Assembly (NCBI GenBank): GCA_049967475.1
Contig: JBMFSQ010000021.1
Coordinates: 1 to 62,760 of the forward strand
DNA length: 62,760 nt
Reading direction: 5' to 3'
Source: Chthonomonadales bacterium
GTDB taxonomy: Bacteria > Armatimonadota > Chthonomonadetes > Chthonomonadales > CAJBBX01
The translations under genes and the position numbers were made by a program. The notes beneath the pieces were generated by a model that ran no database searches, was not told where the DNA came from, and saw only the letters and a list, made by a program, of their open reading frames with translations. This document shows, piece after piece, positions 9,582-17,973 of this stretch. Each line of letters starts with the position of its first letter. Position 1 is the stretch's first letter.

Positions 9582-10808
9582 CTAAGGCGCGGGATGGGCA
9601 CAATGTAGGATCTCGCGCAAGGCAGCGATAACGGTGCGGCATTCCTCCCTGGTGACGGTGAGGGGCGGGAGGAAGCGAAGGATCTTCTCCCCAATGGCAT
9701 TGACAACGATGCCTCGGTTCAGGAGATCGTCCTGAACCTGCCGGGCTCCGCCGCTCAACTCCACACCGATCATCAATCCGAGACCGCGCACCTCAACGAC
9801 GGCACCGGGAAACTCCTTTTGAAGACCCCGCAGCCCATCCATGAAGTCCTGGCCTACGAACAGAGCGTTCGAGAGGAGTTCTTCTTCTTCCATGGCGTCG
9901 AGGGTAGCCAAGGCTGCAGCACAGGCGAGGGGTTGGCCTCCAAACGTGGATCCGTGGTCTCCCGGGGCCAGCGTCCGTGCCGCTTCTCCCCGTGCCAGGC
10001 ACACACCCATCGGGACACCGCTGGCAATGCCCTTAGCGAGCGTCACTATGTCTCCAGTGACGCCGGCGTGCTGAGAGGCCAGGAAGCGGCCGGTGCGGCC
10101 GTTTCCGGATTGGACCTCATCGAGGATCAGGAGGATGCCGGCCTCATCGCAAAGGGCGCGCACTGCCTGCAAGAATTCCGGCGGGACCATGTGGATGCCG
10201 CTTTCTCCCTGGATCGGCTCGATCATTACGGCGCAGGTGCTTTCGTCAATGGCATCGTCCAATTCCTGCACATTCCCGACGGACACATACTTGAAGCCCT
10301 GCGGGAGAGGAGCAAAGGGTTCCTGGTATTTGGGCTGAGCCGTGGCTGTGACCGTCGCCAGGGTGCGCCCGTGGAAGGATCCGTGAAAGGTGATGATCTC
10401 GAAGCAATGCGGCCCGCGGTGTTGCTTTGCCCATTTGCGGGCAATCTTGATGGCGCATTCATTCGCTTCCGCGCCGGAGTTGCAGAAGAAAGCGCGTTCC
10501 ATGCCCGTGAGGCGCGCCAAACGTTGAGCCAGAAGAGGTTGCAGGCGGTTATAGAACAGATTGCTCACGTGAAGGAGCGTGGATGCCTGCTCCGATATGG
10601 CTGCTGCCACCTTGGGATGGCAATGGCCCACACTACAAACGGCGATGCCGCCCAGGAAATCCAAGTATTCACGCCCTTCTGCGTCCCAAAGACGCGTGCC
10701 GCTGCCGCGTACAAAGACTACGGGGCGGCGTGCGTACGTTCCCATGACGTAGGTTTGGTCCAGTTCGGCAGTTACATCGGTCCCCGGAATTGCCTTTGTG
10801 TCGCTCAC
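9582..10808 (-). CDS. argD: Acetylornithine aminotransferase
   Basis: NSGAEANE, FHGRT, EPIQGE, DEVQ, TLAK, HGSTFGG; GTG start at 10808 after GGAGGA (the ORF track extends to 10898). Confidence 0.93.
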   Translation of the reverse strand: MSDTKAIPGTDVTAELDQTYVMGTYARRPVVFVRGSGTRLWDAEGREYLDFLGGIAVCSVGHCHPKVAAAISEQASTLLHVSNLFYNRLQPLLAQRLARLTGMERAFFCNSGAEANECAIKIARKWAKQHRGPHCFEIITFHGSFHGRTLATVTATAQPKYQEPFAPLPQGFKYVSVGNVQELDDAIDESTCAVMIEPIQGESGIHMVPPEFLQAVRALCDEAGILLILDEVQSGNGRTGRFLASQHAGVTGDIVTLAKGIASGVPMGVCLARGEAARTLAPGDHGSTFGGQPLACAAALATLDAMEEEELLSNALFVGQDFMDGLRGLQKEFPGAVVEVRGLGLMIGVELSGGARQVQDDLLNRGIVVNAIGEKILRFLPPLTVTREECRTVIAALREILHCAHPAP

Positions 10809-10922
10809 AGCGTCCTCCAGAATGGTAGCGTCAAGGGAGTGGAAGAGGTGATATTGCCATCCGCCCATGAAGCAGGAATGCAGCCGCATCTGCCCCAAAA
10901 GGATCGCGATACTCTTGTGTGG

Positions 10923-11837
10923 TCAGCTAGTGCCACGGATCATGGTTCCGATACCTGCGTCGGTGAAAAGCTCTATGAGCAGCGCGTGGGGGATGCGCCC
11001 GTCAATGAGGTGAGCGCGCTCCACGCCTCCTTCCACTGCGGTGATGCATGCCTGGAGTTTTGGGATCATACCGCGTGAGGCCCGTCCAGTAGCGATGAGC
11101 GCCCGCGCATCCTCCACAGTCATCTCGGAAATGAGGGTGCTTTCGTCGGCGGGATCCGCAAAGACACCGGTTACGTCCGTCAGCACCACGAGTTTGGCGG
11201 CCTTGATTTCGGCCGCGATCGCTCCGGCGGCGTGGTCGGCGTTCACATTGTAACTTTCGCCGTCCTTTCCGCAGGCAACGGAGGACACTACGGGTATGTA
11301 TCCGTGGTCGGCAAGCAAGTGGAGGAGGTTCGCGTTGACCTGCACGACGTCGCCTACGAAGCCGAGATCGCCCGCGGAGGTTACGCGCTTGCGTGCGATC
11401 AGCAGATCGGCATCCTTGCCGCTGAGGCCTACGGCCGGGGCCCCTTGCCGATTGAGCATGGATGTGATGGCCTTATTGGTTTTTCCTGCGAGGACCATCT
11501 CCACGATTTCCATTGTGGGCCCATCGGTTACGCGCAAACCGTCTACAAACGAGGGCTGGTGACCGAGGCGCTTCATGACCTCGTCAATTTCTGGGCCGCC
11601 GCCATGTACCAGGATGGGCCGTATGCCTACAATGTGGAGGAGGGCTATATCCTGCATCACCTGCTGCTTGAGTTCCTCGCGGGTCATAGCGTTGCCGCCG
11701 TACTTCACCACGATTGTGCGGCCGGAGAACTCGCGGAGGTACGGAAGGGCTTCGATGAGCACCTGCGCGCGCTGCCCGGGGGCAAGCGATCCTGTTCCTA
11801 AGGCGTGCGTATCCATAGGTGGAGGTTGGCGTGTCAC
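10923..11837 (-). CDS. argB: Acetylglutamate kinase
   Basis: VVKYGG, VHGGG, GLRVTD, NVNAD, GMIPK. Confidence 0.96.
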   Translation of the reverse strand: MTRQPPPMDTHALGTGSLAPGQRAQVLIEALPYLREFSGRTIVVKYGGNAMTREELKQQVMQDIALLHIVGIRPILVHGGGPEIDEVMKRLGHQPSFVDGLRVTDGPTMEIVEMVLAGKTNKAITSMLNRQGAPAVGLSGKDADLLIARKRVTSAGDLGFVGDVVQVNANLLHLLADHGYIPVVSSVACGKDGESYNVNADHAAGAIAAEIKAAKLVVLTDVTGVFADPADESTLISEMTVEDARALIATGRASRGMIPKLQACITAVEGGVERAHLIDGRIPHALLIELFTDAGIGTMIRGTS

Positions 11838-13069
11838 GTGTGGTACTCCGCGTTGATCCTCACGTAGTCGTAGGAGAGATCACAGGTCCAGAAGGTGGCC
11901 GAGGCGGTACCTTGGTGGATGTTGAGTTCCAGGCGGACTTCGGGTTGGTGAAGGGCGGCCTTGGCTTGGTCCCGATCGAAGTCGGCCCCGTACCCGTTGC
12001 GGCACACCTGCACATTTCCCAGCACGAGGTCTACACTCTGCGGGTCGAAAGCCACGCCGCATCTCCCCGCGGCTGCCAGGATGCGCCCCCAGTTGGGATC
12101 GCATCCGAAGAGTGCCGTCTTCACCAGGAGGGACTCGGCGATGGCCCGGGCAATCCTTGCGGCGTCGCCTTCCGTGCGGGCTCCGCGGACGGTCACTTCC
12201 ACGAGCTTCGTTGCGCCTTCTCCATCTTGCGCACATTCGCGGGCGAGGGCGCCGCATACATATTCCAGAACCTGCGCCAGGTCCCCAAGGGCTTCTTCGG
12301 TGGCTGGAATGGCGTGTCCCACACCCGATGCGAGGGCGAGGACCATGTCGTTGGTACTCGTGTCGCCGTCCACAGTGAGGCGGTTGAAGGTCCGCTCTAC
12401 GGCGTATTGCAGACACTGCTGGAGGTCTTGGGGCCGTATCGCTCCGTCCATGGTAAGAAAGCAGAGCATGGTGGCGTGGGGCGGCCCGAGGCGGGGTGCG
12501 ATCATGCCCGACCCTTTGCACACTCCGCCGAAGTGGACGGGGCCTGCCCAATGGCTGCTTTGCGCCTCCACAGCAATCTGCTTCGGCCGGGTGTCGGTGG
12601 TGAGGATGGCGTGCGCGATGGCTGCATCCACCTCCGGACCCTTTGCGGCAGCAGCCGCCATCCCGGGCAAAACAGCGCAGATGCGATCTACAGGCAGGCG
12701 CCGGCCGATAACGCCTGTTGAGGCAATGGCAACGTCCGGCACGTCCGATCCAAGGACCTCCGCGGCAACAGCGGCGACGCGGGCGTTATCGTCAACGCCA
12801 TCGGGGCCGTTGCATGCGTTGGCGTTGCCTGCATTGCATACGATGGCTCGGGCCCGCCCACGTTGAACAACGGCACGGGACCAGTCCACGCACGGCGCAT
12901 GAACGAGATTGGTGGTGAACATACCTGCGGCGGCCGCACGTTCCCGGCAAAGAAGGAGGGCCACGTCATCCCCTTCAGCTTTCAGCCCAGCGCGCCCTGC
13001 GGCTCCCTCAAAGCCCTGAGGCCACGTTATGCCGGCGCTTCGCGTTTCGCTTACAATCTCGAGCACCAA
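11834..13069 (-). CDS. argJ: Glutamate N-acetyltransferase / ornithine acetyltransferase ArgJ
   Basis: NAGNANAC, ASTGVIG, TTDT, KGSGMI..ATML, VDGDTSTND, DGEGATK, DPNWGR, C-terminal YVRINAEYHT. Confidence 0.96.
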   Translation of the reverse strand: MVLEIVSETRSAGITWPQGFEGAAGRAGLKAEGDDVALLLCRERAAAAGMFTTNLVHAPCVDWSRAVVQRGRARAIVCNAGNANACNGPDGVDDNARVAAVAAEVLGSDVPDVAIASTGVIGRRLPVDRICAVLPGMAAAAAKGPEVDAAIAHAILTTDTRPKQIAVEAQSSHWAGPVHFGGVCKGSGMIAPRLGPPHATMLCFLTMDGAIRPQDLQQCLQYAVERTFNRLTVDGDTSTNDMVLALASGVGHAIPATEEALGDLAQVLEYVCGALARECAQDGEGATKLVEVTVRGARTEGDAARIARAIAESLLVKTALFGCDPNWGRILAAAGRCGVAFDPQSVDLVLGNVQVCRNGYGADFDRDQAKAALHQPEVRLELNIHQGTASATFWTCDLSYDYVRINAEYHT

Positions 13070-13214
13070 GTGTCTCCTACTGCCTCAAAAACATGGGCGG
13101 CGCGGGAACAAGGAGGCGCCCAATTCGGCTTGTCCAAAGGATGGCTCCTTCCCGCCCGATGGCTGCGTGTTGATTTGGGAGCGTGAAACCCCTATGGCCG
13201 GCTCCCGCGTACGC

Positions 13215-14285
13215 CTATGGCCACATGCCGGGCAGCCTCAGCCCCGCCTCTTCGTCCCAACCGCACATAACGTTCATATTCTGGATTGCCTGACCTGCCA
13301 TCCCCTTCACCAGGTTGTCTAACGCCGACACCACGATCACTCGGCCGGTCCGCCGGTCTACTGCTACGCCAATGAGGCAGAGATTGGATCCCAGCGCATG
13401 CTTGGTGGACGGAAGCCCATCCATCACTAAAACGAAGGGCTCGCCTGCATAGAAGTCACGGAAGCGTGCGCGAAGGTCGTCTTCGGAAAGGGAAGCCGCC
13501 AGCGTCGCATAGCACGTGGTCAAAATACCCCTCGTCATGGGAATGAGGTGCGGCGTGAAGGACACCCTTACAGGCGTTCCCAGGAGGTTGGTGAGCTCTG
13601 CTTCGATCTCGGGTGTGTGGCGGTGGGTGCCGGCAACCTTGTAGGCGGACACGGCTTCGTTGGCTTCCGCGAAGCGATATTCCAGCGCAGGCTTCGCCCG
13701 GCCGGCGCCGGACACTCCCGACTTGGCATCTACAATCACCGTAGCCGGGTCTATTACCGTGTCTGATGTGAAGGTGCCCGTGCCCTCATCCCTGCGTGCG
13801 AGGAGAGGCGCCAGCGCCAAGATCGAAGCGGTGGTGTAGCATCCGGGGTTCCCCACCAGGCGGGCGGACCGAATCTTCAGGCGGTGCAGCTCGGGAAGGC
13901 CGTAAACGGCTTCTGCCAACAGATGCGGGGAGGCGTGTTCCAATCCATACCATTGAGGATAGACGGCGGCGTCGCGGAAGCGGAAGTCTGCACTCAGGTC
14001 TATCAGGCGGGCGCCGCCCTCAATCAGATTGGGAGCCACGCGCATCGCATAGCCATTGTCTCGGGCAAGAAAAACCAGGGGAACACCGGCAAGGCTGCTC
14101 GCACCCTCATCGGGAACGAGTTCCACGTCGGACCAATGGCCCAGTCCGGGGAAGACTTCCGGCGTGCGCCGCCCGGCGTACGTATTGGACGTGGCAGCCA
14201 CTACGCGGGCATGGGGGTGCATGGCAAGGAGGCGCAGAAGCTCTCCCCCGCCGTAACCCGAGGCTCCAATGATGGCTACGTCCAT
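13215..14285 (-). CDS. argC: N-acetyl-gamma-glutamyl-phosphate reductase
   Basis: GASGYGG, DLSADFR, NPGCY, SGVSGAG, HRHTPEI, DNLVKG.AGQA. Confidence 0.96.
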   Translation of the reverse strand: MDVAIIGASGYGGGELLRLLAMHPHARVVAATSNTYAGRRTPEVFPGLGHWSDVELVPDEGASSLAGVPLVFLARDNGYAMRVAPNLIEGGARLIDLSADFRFRDAAVYPQWYGLEHASPHLLAEAVYGLPELHRLKIRSARLVGNPGCYTTASILALAPLLARRDEGTGTFTSDTVIDPATVIVDAKSGVSGAGRAKPALEYRFAEANEAVSAYKVAGTHRHTPEIEAELTNLLGTPVRVSFTPHLIPMTRGILTTCYATLAASLSEDDLRARFRDFYAGEPFVLVMDGLPSTKHALGSNLCLIGVAVDRRTGRVIVVSALDNLVKGMAGQAIQNMNVMCGWDEEAGLRLPGMWP

Positions 14286-14594
14286 GCCGCAGTGCGTCCT
14301 TGCGCCCTGTAAAATAGAATAATCGTTATTGAATGCTCCTAGAAGTTGCCGGGCAATACGGATGCGCTCATTCAGAGCATGCCATCATGATACCCCGTGG
14401 GCAGGCTCGAAGCGTGTGGAGGCTGTCGCAGCGCGGGCGTTTGGGCGGATGAGCCCTAGGAAGCGTTATTGCATCGGAACCCGGAAGCCCGCACGGGCGT
14501 ATACTCCGGCGAGGCAGTGCTTGAGCAGATGCGGAAGGACAGGCTCACTGGTGCACGCAGAACGAGAAACCGTCCCCGCAAAGGAGTAGGCGTG

Positions 14595-14783
14595 ATGCGC
14601 GATTTTATTTCATCCCGAGAATTCTGGTGGCCGCTGATTGGGGCTGCCGTCGGCTTCGGGTACAATCGGTTGGGAGTGATGGCGCATTCCACTTGAGGGC
14701 TCACGTGCAACCCCTGGTTCACCACGCTTTTAGGTGCCGGAATGGGGTTGCTTTGGGCTCGCGGGACGAGCTCGCTTGACTAA
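14595..14783 (+). CDS. Candidate small membrane selenoprotein, 62 aa, Sec at TGA 14694-14696: MRDFISSREFWWPLIGAAVGFGYNRLGVMAHST(U)GLTCNPWFTTLLGAGMGLLWARGTSSLD; DUF6132-like by recollection
   Basis: AAGGAG RBS at 14581-14586; the frame continues past TGA into a second hydrophobic helix and ends at TAA 14781-14783; UxxxC motif; stem GCAACCCC(14707-14714)/GGGGTTGC(14744-14751) starts 10 nt after the TGA. Confidence 0.68.
14707..14751 (+). promoter_or_regulatory. Candidate bacterial SECIS hairpin for TGA 14694
   Basis: Perfect 8-bp outer stem plus inner CACC/GGTG and CTGG/CCGG pairing; G at 14726 in the apical loop; folded by eye only. Confidence 0.45.
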
Positions 14784-14908
14784 CCTTTGGGGTGTACTGC
14801 CAGGTAGGCAAGGTGTGGACGCGCGGCCTCGGGCCGGCCAATCGGGATCGCTTTGCTCAGCGCCGCCGGCCCGGGCCTGCGCATCTGCGGAGCGATTTGG
14901 GAGGAATA

Positions 14909-15109
14909 ATGCAGGATTACCTTACTTTAGCTGCCGTACTGGTGGTGTGGTTTGTCCTCCAGCGATGGCTGCTGCCTCGGCTGGGCGTGCCCACGTGAAT
15001 GTCCGACGCGTGCTCGGTGGAACCGCGCACCCCCAAAACGGAAGCGCTGCCCGGCGATCACAGAGACCCCCGCGCGGGCACTCTCCCAAAGGACGATGCG
15101 AAGCGCTAG
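14909..15109 (+). CDS. Candidate small single-pass membrane selenoprotein, 66 aa, Sec at TGA 14996-14998: MQDYLTLAAVLVVWFVLQRWLLPRLGVPT(U)MSDACSVEPRTPKTEALPGDHRDPRAGTLPKDDAKR
   Basis: GGGAGGA RBS at 14899-14905; N-terminal TM helix; UxxxxC motif; the frame stays open to TAG 15107-15109; hairpin begins 11 nt after the TGA. Confidence 0.7.
15010..15030 (+). promoter_or_regulatory. Candidate bacterial SECIS hairpin for TGA 14996
   Basis: GTGC-T-CGGT-GGA-ACCG-C-GCAC: two 4-bp stems with a T/C mismatch and a G-leading apical loop, 11 nt downstream of the TGA. Confidence 0.55.
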
Positions 15110-15241
15110 GGTTCTTTAGGCCCTGAGGCTGGGCCGGAAACGGATGCCTGGTTATAGCCGGCCTACCAGGTACCCGGTGTGGGCGATGCCAATGTACCCA
15201 TCAGGCTGCAGACTGATCGTGATGCTGCACAGGGGCGCGCA

Positions 15242-16390
15242 ATGATGCGGGGCTCTGATGGTGTCGAGGTAGAATTGGACGCCGCGCGCCTCGCCATGGC
15301 AGACAGGACCCTACACCAGGGGCTGCAGGATCAAGTGTATTCCGCGGCGGTCCTTCTGGTTGCTCACTGCAGGCGCGTGGTGCATGTGAGTTCCTTTGGT
15401 ACAACGCAGCCCGGGGGTGGATACCCCGTCGGCGCCGACACCTTGTTCGACCTCGCTTCTCTCACAAAGCCCGTCGTGGCCCTCGGGCTGCTCGCGCTGG
15501 TAGAAGACGGGGTGCTCTCTTTGGGTGATCCTTTGGAGGCAGTGCTGCCCGAAGCAGCGGGAACCCCCGTGGCCGCCGTGACCCTTCGACACCTGGCGAC
15601 GCACACCTCGGGGCTCCCGCCCTGGAGGCCCGTCTACCGGGCCGGGTTGAGCGCAACGGGTACTCCAGAGCCCGATGCCCGCCGTAGGATGCTGGATGAG
15701 ACCCTCCGCATTCCGCTTCACGATGTTCCAGGGACGCGGTATGCGTATTCGGATTTAGGGTATCTGTTGCTGGGCGAGGCGGTGTCACGGGCGGCAGGAA
15801 TGGGCCTACAGGAGTATCTCCGTGGCCGCATCTTCAATGCCTTGGGGCTTGAAGATCTCGGTTATCTCCCAAGCGCGGGCCAGTCGGAGCGCATCGCTGC
15901 CACAGCCAACAGCTCCATCCGGCCTGGGCGCATGCTCATCGGCGAGGTGCACGACGAAAACGCCTGGGTGTTCGGAGGGGTGGCGGGGCATGCCGGTCTC
16001 TTCGGGACCGCCAAGGATCTGGCAGTGCTCGCCATAGCGTTGGCCGGCGACGGCACCGCCGAAGGTCGAAGGCTGCTGAGCCTGCCTGCACTGCGCTTGT
16101 GCCGCACCAACCAGCTTGCCCCTGCAGTCGGCGGGCATTCCATCGGGTGGTTTACACCGCCAAACAGCATGCTGCCTCGGGGAGATCTGCTGAGCGAGGC
16201 CGCGTTTGGGCACACCGGCTTTACGGGTACGATGATTGTCATTGACCCAGTCGAAGAGCTTGCAGTAGTGCTCCTGACGAACCGGGTGGTGAACCCTGCG
16301 GACAACGGCGGCATTCAACGGATACGCAGAAGTGTGCTCAATGCGATTGCCTCGGCGATTGGCTGCAGGGAACGTTCTTCGCGCGGATAA
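15242..16390 (+). CDS. Serine hydrolase, beta-lactamase class C-like family
   Basis: SxxK (ASLTKP), LATHTSGL, YSD, HAGLF, GHTGFTG; start uncertain (15179-15245). Confidence 0.9.
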   Translation: MMRGSDGVEVELDAARLAMADRTLHQGLQDQVYSAAVLLVAHCRRVVHVSSFGTTQPGGGYPVGADTLFDLASLTKPVVALGLLALVEDGVLSLGDPLEAVLPEAAGTPVAAVTLRHLATHTSGLPPWRPVYRAGLSATGTPEPDARRRMLDETLRIPLHDVPGTRYAYSDLGYLLLGEAVSRAAGMGLQEYLRGRIFNALGLEDLGYLPSAGQSERIAATANSSIRPGRMLIGEVHDENAWVFGGVAGHAGLFGTAKDLAVLAIALAGDGTAEGRRLLSLPALRLCRTNQLAPAVGGHSIGWFTPPNSMLPRGDLLSEAAFGHTGFTGTMIVIDPVEELAVVLLTNRVVNPADNGGIQRIRRSVLNAIASAIGCRERSSRG

Positions 16391-16558
16391 AACCTTGAGG
16401 TTGCCCGTATATCCTTAAACTATGCTCTGGCCCCACACGGCGTGGTGGCGCCGGGGCAGTGCTGAAAGGATCATCCGGTTGGCGGCCGGTAATCCGGAAA
16501 ATTCCCGGCTGCATTGGCGCGGGGGCTACGGGAAAACCCATGGAGTGAGGAGGAGGTC

Positions 16559-17197
16559 ATGCCGACAGTTCAGGAGAAGGAGCGCGCTCTAGAGGTGCTG
16601 AGGCTGCTCGAGGCTCGGTACCCCGGCGCCGAATGCGCACTGCACCACAGGAATGCATGGGAACTGCTCATCTCCACTATTCTAAGCGCCCAATGCACCG
16701 ATGCCCGGGTGAACCAGGTGACCCCGGTGCTCTTCGCTCGATATCCTGATCCTGAAGCCCTGGCGAATGCGGATCCAAGCGAAGTGGAGGAGATCATCCA
16801 TAGTCTGGGAGCATTCCGCAACAAGGCGAAGAGCATCATCGGGGTGAGCCAGGCTATCGTAGACCAGTATGGAGGGGTTGTGCCGAACACCATGGAGGAG
16901 CTTACGGCCATGCCCGGTGTGGGGCGGAAGACCGCCAACGTGGTGCTTGGCGTAGCCTTCGGCAAACCCGCTGTGGTGGTGGACACCCATGTGCAGCGCA
17001 TCGCCCGCCGCTTGGGCTGGACTTCCAACACCGACCCCAACAAGATCGAGCAGGATCTCATGCAATTGCTTCCGCCCGAAAAGTGGACCAGCATGGCCCA
17101 TACGCTGATCCTTCACGGCCGTACTCTTTGTACCGCGCGCGGGCCGAAGTGTTCGGAATGCCCCGTGCAATCCCTGTGTCCGTCGGCGGTTCTGTGA
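16559..17197 (+). CDS. nth: Endonuclease III
   Basis: [10 protein letters not shown], Hh[16 protein letters not shown], 4Fe-4S motif C-x6-C-x2-C-x5-C; GGAGGAGG RBS. Confidence 0.96.
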   Translation: MPTVQEKERALEVLRLLEARYPGAECALHHRNAWELLISTILSAQCTDARVNQVTPVLFARYPDPEALANADPSEVEEIIHSLGAFRNKAKSIIGVSQAIVDQYGGVVPNTMEELTAMPGVGRKTANVVLGVAFGKPAVVVDTHVQRIARRLGWTSNTDPNKIEQDLMQLLPPEKWTSMAHTLILHGRTLCTARGPKCSECPVQSLCPSAVL

Positions 17198-17376
17198 GAA
17201 TGTGCCGGATCCTTTTGGGGAGCGCCGAGGCCAACTCCGAAGGTATATGCCCGGAAGCCGATCCCAGGTTGTGAATTCCCGCACCATGAACAGCATCGCT
17301 TCATGTGGCCGATGCCGATAATACCGTTGCGGCATACCCCGGCAGCCGGGAGGAAGCCGTAAAGGAGGCGTTACGC

Positions 17377-17805
17377 ATGAAGGTTCCAGCCGTGTCGGCC
17401 CTGAGCCGCGGCGGTCGCGGGATGCGTGGGGGCTTCACCCTCATCGAATTGCTGATCGTAATCCTGATCCTCGCTATCCTGATGAGCGTAGCCCTGCCGC
17501 TCTACCTGGGCGCCGTTGCGGATTCCCAGCTCAAGGTCTGCCGGGCGAATATGCAGACCATCGCCAACGCCGAGGTTGCTTACCGAACCTCCAGCACGGC
17601 GCACACCTTTACCACGGTTCTCACGGATCTCAATACCAACCTTGGAGCGGTGCCGGTATGCCCGTCCGGGGGCACGTATTCCGTGCAGATTTCCAACGGG
17701 ACCCTCACCGCACAGAATGGGACCACCGTTCCGGCAGGGATGCTGGTTATTAGTTGCAGTGCCGCCGGACACGGTAAATTCGCACCGGGTATTGATGCCT
17801 ACTGA
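17377..17805 (+). CDS. Type IV pilin / pseudopilin-like protein with prepilin cleavage motif
   Basis: Basic leader, then G|FTLIELLIVILILAIL; Cys-containing globular tail; AAGGAGG RBS. Confidence 0.9.
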   Translation: MKVPAVSALSRGGRGMRGGFTLIELLIVILILAILMSVALPLYLGAVADSQLKVCRANMQTIANAEVAYRTSSTAHTFTTVLTDLNTNLGAVPVCPSGGTYSVQISNGTLTAQNGTTVPAGMLVISCSAAGHGKFAPGIDAY

Positions 17806-17973
17806 CGGACGTTGAGGCTCGTTCCGGCGGGATGTTGGGCGTACAGCCAAATGCGCGTGCATGGGGTGGCTGGGGAGAGCCCCCTCTGCACCCAGGACGC
17901 ATGCTAGGCAGGAACCGCGCCCGCCTCCGATGAACTAACGGGCACATCTTCCCATCGGAGGCCGGCGGTTCTT

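Noticed and set aside
14311..14336. AT-rich AATAA-tcg-TTATT palindrome upstream of argC as an ARG box
   Set aside because: Only about 9 of 14 positions match TGAAT-N4-ATTCA, there is no tandem box and no argR in the window; it may be regulatory but cannot be assigned
16428..16540. Multi-stem structure in the nth leader as a riboswitch or ncRNA
   Set aside because: Several 4-7 bp stems can be drawn, but no known family motif is present and such stems are expected at this GC content
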